Part shown: positions 26,963-40,351 of the stretch, piece by piece
Numbering within the stretch: position 1 is the stretch's first letter
Layout of the letters: every line of letters starts with the position of its first letter
Source: Adineta vaga
Taxonomy: Eukaryota; Animalia; Rotifera
NCBI GenBank assembly: GCA_021613535.1
Contig: CP075495.1
Coordinates: 2,294,001-2,358,000 of the forward strand
DNA: 64,000 bases
Direction of reading: 5' to 3'
Notes under the pieces: generated by a model
Database searches by the model: none
What the model was told of the DNA's origin: nothing
Seen by the model: only the letters and a program-made list of their open reading frames with translations
Made by a program: the position numbers and the translations under genes

Positions 26963-27591
26963 AGATGAAGAAAAATAAAATAGTAATGCATTCCAAATAA
27001 AGACGATCTAGAAAATAAGGAAGACAAAAATCGCTTAGCAACCATTAGAAAGAACGAATAAGAAATGGCTTGATTTAAATATCATTAAATGAATATATAT
27101 AAATAAGAAAACATGAATGTATTGATATGAGAAATAAAAAAATAATGAAGACATTCGAAGAAAACAAACAGGATAAAAACATCTGAAATGAAACGAAAAA
27201 TAATGAGTAGTCAGAGTATATCAATATGCGTAATATCGAAAGTTCTCCAACGAATACATGAGTAAGCTTGTTAAAGAAGAAAAAAATAAACCAATGATTG
27301 AATGAAGTTCTGATGGAAAAATTTAGTTATAGTCTTAAAAAAAGGAAAATACTGGAAAATTTTTAAATGAGAAATCTCATTCGTGCAAATAACTAAATGA
27401 TTCTGTTCTGTTCTTTATACGAATACTATCATATCCAACTCGACACTTTTGTATTTAATGGCGCTACAATCAATGTGACGGCTATATCCAATAAGACACA
27501 CGATCCGTTTTTTAACTGATTAAGAAAAAGAAAGACAGCAGAAAGGTTACTTTATTTTTTCTTTTCTTTTTCGATTCTTGAAGTTGAAATT

Positions 27592-30591
27592 ATGGCACAT
27601 AGTTCTTATCGTCTTCGTTGTCAGTTATATGGACATGAATCGGATGTACGTTCTGTATCAACAATAACAGAATACGATGGTATTGTTAGTGGATCAAGAG
27701 ATAAAACAGCTCGAATTTGGCGTCCAATTGAGTAAGTTTCATTGTATATTCGTGTTCAGAGAAAAAAGGAAGAAAAATAATTCTATTTAGTAAAAATTCA
27801 TTTGAACAACGAGCAGTTCTATCGAATCATACAAATTATGTTATTTCTACATGTTATATTCCACCTAATAGTCAATTTCAAGATGGATTAATTGTTACAG
27901 GTGGTAATGATAAGAAAATCTGTGTTTATTCAGCTAAACAAGGTACCTATCTATTCACATTAGAAGGACATGAACAAACAGGTAATAAGAACAGTTATTT
28001 ATCTTCTATAGTACATATCATAGTTTCTTTCTTTTTCTTCAAGTTGCATGTTTATCTTCTGTATCACAAAGTGATCTCTTATTAAGTAGTTCTTGGGATA
28101 CAACTGGACGCGTTTGGTCACTATCAACAAAACAATGCACACAAGTTTTGCGAGGTAATAATCTACATGAGAAGAAAAAAAAGATAGATCGATTTCGTTT
28201 TTCTAAATCGTTCTAGTTTTATTTTTTGTATTTCAAAGGTCATAGTAAAGCTGTTTGGGCAATACTTTCTATGGATAATATCATCTTAACCGGTGGAGCT
28301 GATAATATTATTTTAGCATGGAAAAATCAAACCAATACCCATACATATGCAGGTAAATGATTTCTTTTTTTTTATTAACAAAACACACGAACATTATATT
28401 TCAATCAGGTCATACCAATTGTGTTCGATCATTATTAGCATTGAATGCAAAAGAATTTTTATCTTGCTCGAATGATTTTACGATTAAACGATGGAATGTA
28501 ACTTCTACACAATGTTTACAAACATATGAAGGTCATACAAGTTTTGTGTATAGTATTTCAATGATTTCTGGTGAACATTTTGCATCTGTAAGTGAAGATC
28601 GTTCATTACGTCTTTGGTCATTGAATAAAAGTGATTCTATGCAAACGATTCGACTTCCATCGGGCACTATTTGGAGTGTTTGTACATTGACAAATAGTGA
28701 TGTTGTAGTTGGATGCAGGTGAATATTTTCTATTATAAGAATGTGTTTTTATTTCTTTTGTATTGATCATTTTTAGTGATGGACGTATTTGTATTTTTAC
28801 GAAAGATGAATCACGAATAGCATCAATGGAAGAAATTGCTGGATTTGAACAAGAAATTGCCTCAACTAGTATTCAAACTAAAACAGGTGATTTAGGTGAA
28901 GTCAAAATAGATGATTTACCAGATGAAGATGCATTGAAAAAACCAGGTACACGCGAAGGTCAAACTACAATGATTAATAAAGGTGGCGGTCGTGTTGAAG
29001 CATATCAATGGAATATGCTTGATCAACGATGGATGAAAATTGGTGATGTCGTTGGTTCGGCAGATAGTACATCACAAGGACAAGCATCAGCGACGGGTGA
29101 AAAGATTCTTTTTGAAGGACAATATTATGATTATGTATTCAATGTTGATTTGGATGAGGGTGTTCCATTGAAACTTCCATATAATATAACAGAAGATCCA
29201 TGGTTTGCTGCTCAAGCTTTTATTCATCGATATGAATTAAATCAAATGTTTCTTGATCAAATTGCACAATTTATTATTACAAATACCAAAGGAATGGTCA
29301 TCGATCAAAGATCATCCGATTTTGCTGATCCATTTACTGGTAAATACTTACTAACAATTCAATTTCATTACTGATGCTTTTTTCTTCAGGCGGAGGACGT
29401 TATGTTCCAGGATTGTCCATGGATACAGGCACAGGATCAAAACCTAACGCTGATCCATTTACAGGAGCTGGACGTTATGTACCAGATTCAACCAATTCAT
29501 CAACAGTTAAGAAAAGTACCAATGTCAATCAAGATCCATTTACTGGTACTGGACGATATGTTCCAAATGGAGATAACAATCAATCATCAAGGCCATTATC
29601 TGCTTCACAATCATCTGTTATAAGTAAAATATCATAGATTTATATTCAATATGAAATACTAAAATAAATTTGGTTCTTTTTTTTCTTCTTTATTTAGAAT
29701 CGGATAGAGATACTGAATTAAGTCCAACATTTCCTCAAACTCACTATATTATTATGGGTAATGCTGATACTGTGAAAATTTTAGGTAAACTGAAAGAATT
29801 CAATGAAAGTGCAGCTGGTGATGGTCTTCGTCTATCCGATACTGAATTACAGCAAATAAGCGAATTAGCTAATGGTGATATAACAAATCTTGAAATAAAA
29901 CTTAATCTTCTTTTTCAATTACTCAAATGGCCAATTGGTAAACTTTTATTTGAATTACTTTTTTTTCCATTTTATTTAATCTTTTTTTTTATTCTTTTCA
30001 GAGAAAGTCTTTCCAATCTTAGATATCATTCGTTTAGTTGTTCTACAAAAAGATGTATGCAAATATCTCTTCGAAAATGATGCTCGTTCAAATGAATTCA
30101 TTTCCCAATTATTTTCCTATCTTCGACCTGATCAATCAGCTAATATCATGTTAATATTTCGTACATTAACAAATCTATTTTCGAATGATTTAAGTGAAAA
30201 ATATTTGGTTAAAAATAGCAATGCAATTTTAGCTAAAACATTAATTAATCTTCCATTGGCGAAGAAAAATACTCAAATAGCATTGACAAATGTCATCTTA
30301 AACTATTGTATCTATGCTTATCGAAGTAATGATCAACGTCTTTCGAATTATTTATATGAATGTTATAAAGAATTTGTTGATATTCAATTTGAATCGGATG
30401 GTGCCAAACGTCTTTTACTTGCATTAGGAACGCTCTTTTTAACCAATGCAGAACTTGTTCTTAATGTTCAAACAACCTCTGATAATAGTGCGAAACGATT
30501 TTTTACTGCATTAGAAAAATCCGCATCACAATTAAATACTGAAACACTTGAATGCTTTGAACGATGTCGTGCACTTGTTAAAAATTTGTGA
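27592..30591 (+). CDS. PLAA: Phospholipase A2-activating protein (Doa1/Ufd3)
   Basis: WD40 repeats ([25 protein letters not shown]), PFU domain ([19 protein letters not shown]), DPFTGxGRYVP repeats, PUL domain. Confidence 0.95.
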
Positions 30592-30737
30592 ATTTTGACA
30601 ACAAAAAAAAGTCCATATCCTATATCTAAATAAATCCCGAAAGTCTTTTTCTTTCTTTTTTTTCTATATTAAATAAACAAAAAGCAAACATTTTCAAATC
30701 ATTGCTATATATATATATATATATTCAATCAATCTAG

Positions 30738-32258
30738 ATGTTCACATGTGTATCATCTCTGTCGACAAAAAGTAAACAACATAAATTAGATCGATTACGT
30801 CCACCATCGCCATGGACGAATGATCTTGCTGATCAAGGACGTGCTGTTTTTGTTGTACAAGCAAGTAGATCTTACTAACTTGCCATATGCTTTATGACAA
30901 TTTGCTTGTGCAACTAACTGTTTTCATAACAATGGATGAAAGAATAGAATTCTTTTTCTTTCTGATTATTAGTGTGCGGGTACAGTTGATTTAACTCATC
31001 ATGATGATGTTGATCTTTCGTATAAAAAGAAATTGTTACAATTTATATATCAATGTCAGGTATGGAAAGAAGATGAATATATGATGAATGAAAAATAATC
31101 ATCGATATCGTAGATTGAACGTCGATTACCAAAGAAATTATCTGAAAAATCGATTGTACAATTGCATATAACAACTGAACATATTACATTAGTAACTTCA
31201 CATCAAGTAAATAATTATTTATCTATAGTTCATTTTGAATATTAGATTTCAAATAGAAAACTATTCTTTCGATTCCTTCACATCATATCGTTGCTTGTTA
31301 TTATGTTGAATATGAAAAAGATCATATTGTTGCAATGAAATATGGTACAAAACACTTCTTCTCTTGTAATATCATCTTAATTCTATCTATCTAGTTTCAG
31401 CAAAAGATAAATCTTCAACTGTAGAATTAATTCTTTTTCTACTCAACGATCGACATGAAGCGGATGAATTATGTTCTTCAATGGACTATTGTTTTCGTGC
31501 AATTTATATTACAAATGAACAAAATTCTGACATAAGTAAAAAATTATCATTATTAACTTTATCACTTTCTTCTACACAACAATTACGTAATTCTATTGGT
31601 TCAACAACATCCTCATCACCATCGACAGTTCGTTCTCTCTCCGTAGCATCTGCTTCTTCTTCTTCACGTGTTGTTGTACCTGATGCTTCAATTATAATCG
31701 AAGATGATTTATCAACTCCACGACGCAGACATCGGTAACTTGTTTTAGATTCTTTCATTTTCGTACAAACAAAAACCAAACATCTTCTAGACGATTACGT
31801 ATGCGAAATGATGATCATTCACCGAATCATTCATCAACAAAAGATTCATCAAAAATTATTCATAACTATCTTCTTAATGTTTGTATAAAAATCAATAGAT
31901 ATTCTCTTTCGATAAAAATCATCTTCTTTTAGTTACAATTAGAATTGAAAACTAATGAATTAGCTGAATTTGGTAAATTATTAACTGAATGGCAATCAAA
32001 TCAATTATCAACAAAGATATTTGTTAAACAAACTGCTCGTTTATATGGTGAATCTCGACGAAATTTACTCGATGGTATATTTATCAATGATAAATTTCTA
32101 TCTATGATCATTTTCTTGAAATTCTATTTTTAGATTTACATGATTTTCTTCCAATTGATGAACAAGTATGGTTTGTTGAATATTTAGAACATTTGAAATC
32201 AAAAAAATCAATCTTATTCAGTAGTAATGAATCATTACAAGATGTCGAAACGTTATAA
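30738..32258 (+). CDS. CCM2: Malcavernin (cerebral cavernous malformation 2)
   Basis: PTB domain (ILSIPSHHIVACYYVE..HIVAMK) and C-terminal harmonin-homology domain (ELAEFGKLL..RLYGESRRNLL..DFLP..FVEYLE); intron 1 appears GC-AG. Confidence 0.85.
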
Positions 32259-32392
32259 TCATTTTTTCTCGTTTGTTTTTATTTGAAAATAAAGAAAAAT
32301 CATTCGTCTAGTAATTTGATTTGTATTTCTCAGAAATGAAGAATATTTAAACACGTGGTTCAGTTCGTTATTCATTTGAACGGTTAGAAATA

Positions 32393-35361
32393 ATGACGAG
32401 TCAAGCATTTAGTCAAGGAATTCATTTAATTGAAAAATCTGATTTTAGTTTATTACGATTATATATTGAACAGGAAGTATCGAATGCTAATTTACAACAA
32501 TTAATAGAAATAATTCAGAGTTCTAAAGATTCAGAAACATGTTTTTATCCATTTTATATTTCTATTCAATTAGATAAATGTTATCAAATATCTGGTAAAG
32601 ATCAATTCTTTTTGATGATGTTCTATTGTAAATGAAGAAATTTTATTTAGATTCATTTACGGAATTTATTCTACATCAACAAAGACGTGCAACAATCTTT
32701 GCACAACAAGTATCAATATTTGATTTGTATAAATCTCATAGATTTATTGTTCAATATGATTGTAGATTATCTATAAGAATGTCAAAAGTTTGTGTTGCCA
32801 TTCGAATCAAATTGTCATTCGATTTATTTATGATAAATTACCACCACGACCAGAGTAAATTTCATCATTTCTTTTATTTTCTCATAAACACTAAAGATCG
32901 ATCATAGATTTCGAGTATTATTCAATACATCGCAAGCAGATTTACTTTCTCGTACACATCCTGTTCGTCTTAGTGGTACTATCATTGCATCAAGTACTGT
33001 TTTACCTTACATGTATGTTCAATTAGTTTGTATATTGATTGTTATAATTATGATAAGATCATTTAGACGTGGATTAAAGTATGTATGTCACAGTTCTCTG
33101 TGTCCATTCAATGATCGAAGACGACAAAAATTTGTTCTGTTCGATATTGAACATCCGAATACTTGTAAAGTTGGAGAGTAAGGAAAATTGTATGGAATTT
33201 CTAAGTTATTTTCTATACAATTGATTTGATTTTGAGAACCATTTTGTGCGAGGGTTGTGATTTGTTCATGAATGAAGATATCAATAAACGATGGATTTCT
33301 GGTAAGGATATATTGATTTTTTTTATTAACGTATTGATAGTTTTCTATTTCTATAGAAAAACTTATTATTGCTGTGAAAATCAAAGAACCTAGAACACCA
33401 ATTCTTTCGTCAGGATATAATCTTGATTTGAATACTGTATTGTCAGATACATATACTATCGTCGTTCGTGGTAAACAATTTCTTATTTTCATGAATTGAT
33501 ATCTCTTTACAATTTTCTTTCTAGATGAATATGTTTCAAGTATACGTCTTGGGGATAAATATAATTTTATTTGCTATACTATTAATGATCCTCATTCAAA
33601 TCGAGTGATATTTGAAGTAGATATGATCGTCATAGATTCTTCACTTTTCTTTCTCTAATTTCTTAGACGTTACATTGCGAATCGATTCAACCAAATCGTC
33701 TTTCCTTACCTGATTCTATTCGTCAATTACATCATAATTTTGCTCATCACCATTCATTTAGTTTTCTTAATCTTCTATCAACACTTTTCTGTCGTATGTT
33801 TCAACTTTTCTTTTTATCGATTTCTTAAACATAATTTTATTCATAGCTCATATTCATCTGGTAAAATATTGTACTCACGTAAAAATGGGTTTAATATTAA
33901 GTCTTGTCTCATCATCACTTCATATTCTTCTTGTTGGTAATGAAAGTCGTGCTGCTGATATTCTTTGTCAAACAGCATTGAAATATTCGGAACATGGAAT
34001 TATTCATCGACAACAATATCCATTAACATTGGCATCAATGACGAAACATAAGCATCAATCATTTGCTGTTTCGGGTTTGTTAAACATCTTCTTGAATCAA
34101 TTATTGCTCAAAGATCTTCTCGTTTTAGCTGGTTCGATAGCAGTAGCGACTAATGGAATCACTTATTTGGAAAGTATTGATAATCTAAATAAAGCTCAAT
34201 TAAAACAACTTCATTCTGGTAAGAAATAGATTTATTTCGTCCTTATTTTCATTGTTTCATATAGCCTTTGAAACTAAAACACTTAGTATTGAAGTGAACA
34301 AAAGTGAAGAAGCATCAAAAATTGTCTATAGCGTACCATTTAATAGTAATATTTGGGCGTATCATGATAGTCGTTTATGGTCAAATGCGGGTCAAGTGAG
34401 CGAACCAACGCATGATCTATCACCAGCATTATCAGAGTAAACTTTTATTCTAATATCACATTGATTTTTAAAATGATAAATTTGATTTTTTATTACCAAG
34501 TGCATTTAGTTTAGTATTACCACTTGATGAAATTGAATATGAATATGGTATGAATGTAATTATTCTTTTGCTTCGTGCAATTTTCATTCACTATATATAT
34601 ATATATAGAAGAAACAATTGAAAATTATTTGGATTCAATTCTAAATATGGATGATCAACAAGAAATAGTCGATCAACAAACTAGTCAATGGATCGATGAT
34701 ATTCGTAGTGTAAATAAGGAATTAGTTCATGTTTTATTCTTTGAAATGATGTCCTAATGTTTGTTATAGTTTCTTGCGTATGTTCGAATGATGGAAATGC
34801 CTTTAAGTTATGAAGCTGAACATCTTCTAAAGAAATATTTTTGTGCATGTCGTCGAACTAAACGTACTCTTTTTTCTTACACAGAACTTCCAGCAACGAC
34901 TACTGATGTTTTGTAAGTTATTGAGTAGTAAATATGTTTTATACATTTATAAGTTATTTATTATAGAACTCAAGTATGCGAAGCAATAGCGAAATGTAAT
35001 GTACATATCGAAGCAACTGATACTGATATGATTCTTGCTATCTATCTGTTTGAAATTTCGACAATGACACGACTTGGTAAGATATTTGAATTGAAATTTC
35101 ATATTGAATTAATAGTTTATTTAGGTTGTGAAAATCTTGTCAGTGAACATTATCGATCACCACCTGTTCTTACTGATCCAGTTTTAATTGATACAGTAAG
35201 CCCTTTTTTTAATTGTCTTCTGTTTATTTTACAATAAAATCATTTTTCTTTTGTTTTAGATTGAACAGCGCATGATTTTATTTTCTCGAGACTTGACAGT
35301 TTTCTGTAATGAATACACACCTTCAACAACTCAACAATCATTATCATCCGCATTTTTCTGA
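32393..35361 (+). CDS. MCMDC2: MCM domain-containing protein 2 (meiotic recombination; Mei-218 related)
   Basis: FILHQQ, LPPRPE, LSGTIIASS, YVCHSSLCP / CEGC zinc-finger pairs, KMGLILSLV, AGSIAVATNGITYL, EHLLKKYFCACRR, DMILAIYLFE; degenerate Walker motifs as in MCMDC2. Confidence 0.8.
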
Positions 35362-35474
35362 TTTATAGCATAGACTGTTACGTGTTCGATTGAATTCAAT
35401 AAAATTCATTAGGAATAGCTTTGTCGATAATCTTGTTGTGTTTAATGAAAATGAAAGACGGCGCGTTTTAGACG

Positions 35475-37949
35475 ATGTCAGAACAAGATCGTTCAAGTTT
35501 CTTTCTTCGAGATTTTGAACCATCTGCTGTTCGACTGAAACGTAAACTTCGTTTAATTCTCAATAAAAATCTACGACAAGAAAAACTTAGTAATAAAAAT
35601 GTTACTCTCACTGAATTCATTGCTTATTTAAGTAAATCTTTTCAAAAAAATTCCTATGATTATCATTCATTTCAAATAGTATAGTTTTACTTATCATTGT
35701 CACAATTATTTGCACTGTAAATCGCGTTTCTCAAGATCTCTTCTACGCTGATAGATGTATTCGACGATTATTAATCAATAAACTTGAATTATATACAGTC
35801 AAGACCATCGATCAATTCTGGACCTATTTAGATCAATTTAATGATGAACTGTATAGTACGCATACTCCATTTCTATACAATTCGTTTGTATTATCTATCT
35901 TGTTGTATAGATAATGCTAGGCAATTGAAATCAATCACTAATAACAAGAATAAAATCTTCACACATCAAATTTTATTATCGGATGAAAACTTTATTCTCG
36001 GTAGTCCTCGTCTACGTCAAATTCGTGTTGATAATTCACAGTGTCAAATCATTAAAGATCTTAGTAAACAACCCGTTAATTGTTATGTTCCTTATGATAA
36101 ATCGAAAGAATATCGAAGTCAATTTATTTCTATCACTGGTCAAAAATATAATTATATTTCACCAAAAGCAACGGCTGCATTTGAACTAACGAATAAATAT
36201 GGTCCATATGATACAGGTGGTTTTATGTATTACTTTGATTCTGAAAAGGATATGAATCATCAAGGAATATTAAATCTAAAACAAAATGAATGGTTGAATA
36301 TAAGTACTCGAGCAGTATTTATTGAATTCATGTATTTCAATCCAAATACTGAATTATTGACGTCAATCAATATCATGTTTGAATTTTTAACTACTGGTAA
36401 AATCTATGAATGAATAAACATTTCTAAATCGAGAGAAATTTCTTTTCAGGAATGATTGAATCAAAAGATTTCTTCTATACAATTCCAATCAATAGTTATT
36501 TTTTCGGACGAAAATCATGGCTCAGCATATTTCAAGTTTTATTTATACTCTATTATATTCTCTTTACTTTTTATTATATTGCTAAGATTTCTGAACATCG
36601 TCTATGGTTCATCATGTCATCCTATTGGAATGTATATGATCTTGGTCTTCTTATTCTTTTTACAATATCGATTTCTTTCGATATTCAATATTTAATGAGT
36701 ATTTCACATAGTTTTCAATGTTTATCTTTACCAACAAATGATATTTACAAAGAATTGATTTCGTTTTTTGAAATACAAAGAAATCGTATTAATATACAAG
36801 CATATTTGATAGCAACAGTTCTCATACGTTTCCTTCGTTATTTACCACATTTTTCACATTTAATTGCCAATTTACTCAATGTCTTCTATGGATCGATTCG
36901 AAATTCCATTGGTTTTCTTCTCTTCTTCTTCTTGATTTTTATGTCTTTCGTTGTCTTTGCTACATTTCATTATGGAAATGAATTATATGAAGTAAGCGTT
37001 CATTCTAATATATAAAGATTCTCTTGATTCTTATTAGTTTCATACATTTGCATTAACTGCATACACACTCGCTCGATGTACTCTAGGTCAATTTGAATAT
37101 GATCGTGCCTATCGTGTTTCTCCAGCTTGGACTCCAGTAAGATTGTTTTTCCGTAAGATTTAATAAAAGTTTGTTTTTTTTGTTTAGATTTTTTACATGT
37201 TATATGTATGTGTCATATTTTTTGTTTTACTCAATTTACTCATTGCAGTTATCAATGAAACTTATGTATTAGGTAGACAAGAACAAAAACAGATCGAAGA
37301 TGATCTTTATGAAGAATATAGTCGTGGAAAAAAAAATCAACGATTAAATACGCTTCGTCGATCGAAACAACCAGTTCTTCAAGGAGAATTTATTCGATTA
37401 ATCAATCATTTTCTAACATTTTTCTTCAATAAATCGATTGATCTCGGTGATGGTATCGATGTTCAAAGTGATCAGGATGACAATAATGATGACGATGATG
37501 ATGATAGCATCTCATTACAAGAAAAACAAACTATAATTACAGAAAAGTTACGAAAAAGTCTTCGAAACGAAGGTTATGGACAAGAAGTGATTGAGAAATT
37601 CTTCCAGCGAGTCTTAGGTGATAGAGATAATGATGAAGACGATGATGATGATGATTTATCTCTTTTGAAAATGGAAGAAAATCAAATAATGCAGATTCTT
37701 TATGATGAATTTAAGATATTTAATAATCAATATGAAAAACTAGCACAAGATTGGAGAAAAACAGCAAAGGCTGCACGAGAATTAGTTCTTGTCAATTCAA
37801 TTGATATCGAACAAGCAACGTTGATGAAAAATCATTTGAATAATCTTGATCAACGTATTAAAACATTTGAAAGTATCATTCCGAAACTACTGAAAAATAT
37901 TGTTGAACTTTATGTAAATCGTATATCACCAAATCAAAGAAATAAATGA
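35475..37949 (+). CDS. Polycystin-2 (TRPP)-like cation channel
   Basis: ENFILGSPRLRQIRV, YDTGGF, WLNISTRAVFIEF, YWNVYDL, pore LGQFEY, LLNLLIAVINETY, C-terminal coiled coil. Confidence 0.9.
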
Positions 37950-37968
37950 AAAATAAAAATAAAATAAA

Positions 37969-38575
37969 TTAACTTGTAGCAGGAGTTATTGCAACTGATG
38001 TTGATGGAGATGGTGTTGGTGATATTGGTAATGTTACTGATGATGATGTCATAGAATCGGTTTGAACCATTAAACTCGATACAACTTGTTCGAAATGTTT
38101 CGATTTCAAATGAGTATTTGGTTCATAAAATGGATTTGATATACAATCAATGTATGCCTGATGAAGACGTTGGAAAAGTAATTTTATATCAGAGTCTTTC
38201 AAAGATATAGAAGTTGAATGTTCAAATATTAAAATAAATTTAACACGTGTGGGTGAAACATAACCATATCTAATGAAACGTTCGAGAATATGGGTGATTT
38301 AATATAATAACTATGACTTACATTTTATATTCTTCTACAGGATAGAGTAAACCAAGATAGAAATCTCTTGGATCACGATCACCACCTGGTTTAGTTAATT
38401 GATTGACTTTATCGTCGAGTATATCGATAGACGCATGAATAAGAAAAAGAAATTTCAATTCTTCAGTTGATCGTCGAAGATAGATCAAATTCTACATAGA
38501 CATAATTATCAATATAATTAACAAAATTATCTTTTAATTTACTTCTTTTATTAGAACTGCAATACAACAAGCCAT
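37969..38575 (-). CDS. TRAPPC2L: TRAPP complex subunit 2-like
   Basis: MACCIAVLIKE|..FLIHASIDILDDK..FYLGLLYPVEEYK..YGYVSPTRVKFIL..LHQAYIDCISNPFY. Confidence 0.9.
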
Positions 38576-38799
38576 TGATAAAATAAAAAGAATACGAAAG
38601 ATGAGATGAGTTGATATGATGATGAGTGTTAGCTTCTTTCTATTGGTTATCAAGATAAACTAGTAAGATAGAACTGTGTCGCCAGAGGTTAACGACATGA
38701 TTACATAGAAACCACATCGTGACAACGACTCAGTCGATGGTTGATAAAATTACTTGAGCATTATAAGTTCTTATATTCACAGGTTGATTAGTTGACAAA

Positions 38800-39207
38800 A
38801 TGTCCTTTTTTTCCAATCAATTTACTATAAAAAAAACTAAACCACGAAAATATGTTTCACGAAGTCCACTTAAATTACCAGCTGATGAGATGGCTCGTGA
38901 ATTAGGTCCACAATATGGAGATATTGATGTACGAATTGCCGATAAAAAAATTGCTTTTGATCGCGAAGATGGTGATTGGAATACTGGTAAACCAATATAT
39001 GTATGACTAGTGTGATTCGTACCAGTGTCTTTTTATTTAGAGGGTGCAGAAAGTCTAGGTGGTGGAGCATCAAGTGCTTCTGCACAAAAACTTGGCAAAC
39101 AAGTGACCATTTTACAAGAAGAAAATAATATGTTAAAACTGAAAGTTGATGTCTTATTGAATCTAGTTGCAGAATCCATTGCAGAGTTATCATCTACACA
39201 GAAATGA
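38800..39207 (+). CDS. CBY1: Chibby homolog, 2 exons
   Basis: MSFFSNQF..KKTKPRK, RELGPQYG, LQEENNMLKLKVDVLLNLVAE. Confidence 0.88.
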
Positions 39208-40351
39208 GTTTATATTGTGTGTTTCGTGTATCATTATTAAACATATTTGCGGATAGATAGATTGTTTTGTTCCATGTTTCTTTTTTATACTTTATTTGAT
39301 TAAATAAAATCACTCTTGAAACAAACAAGTTCATTCTTTTATTTGATGTAATATCTTCTGACAAGTTACAAGAGGATTCATCCCTTCTGGAATTTCTCCG
39401 GAGTTTGATGTAGAACGTTAGTCCATGTTAAGAAATTGATATTTAGGTAGCTGATGCTGGTATATACTTGTTTCAGTACAATAATTTAATTTAAATCGTA
39501 TTACGAATACCAACCTTACACCACATTATCTATATCTCTTAGTTAGCCATTGAGAAATGAACGGATATTTCCAATGTTATTATCAGGAACTAGATGGATT
39601 CGAACATCTTTACGAATGCATGACTGCCGCGCTCGAATCAACTTAAACCTAGAGACAATTCAAAGAAACATAAATGCTGCGTCAATTATTATTCAAATTA
39701 GTTATTTGATTCTAAAGAGGAGTACTGTTAGTAGCAAATTTGATTATATTAATCGAACTGCCATTGAACATATCCGAAATATTTTTAATAAATTAGAATC
39801 GGAATTGACAGACGATTACTTCCTTGAACTCGAACTTATTATTGTTCCAAACAGAGAACCATTAATTGTTGTGATATGGTAATAAATTTACAACAAAATT
39901 GTGGTATTACATATTACTAATAAAAGGCAATTCTCTCTCTTGATCGTTTATATTTCGATAGATAATAGGCGTCATTTTATTGATGAATACCTTGCTTTAC
40001 AATCACAAAAATATGTGCAAAATAAAATTGGGTATTTTCTTAAATTTCGTAGAAAAACTATCATATCTATACAAAGTAAATTCATATGGAATATCTGCTG
40101 TTTATGATTACAAATATTCATTGACATTGATAAAGAGATTGTCTTGTTATTCTATTGAATTAAAATAATTGTAAAAGAAAACATTTCTTTGTTTTAAAAT
40201 CATCGATTACGTAAACCAATCATTTTCAATTATAAAGTTTTCTTTCATTCGATAAAAGACCTTTTGACAGCTATTTGGATGATTCATTCGTTCTAACATT
40301 GTTTCATCCTTTTATTAATTCAGGTGAAAAGCACGATTGTTAATTTTTTCA

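Noticed and set aside
29325-29570. Three DPFTGxGRYVP repeats in PLAA
   Set aside because: Repeated DPFTG motifs also occur in vertebrate PLAA; not novel.
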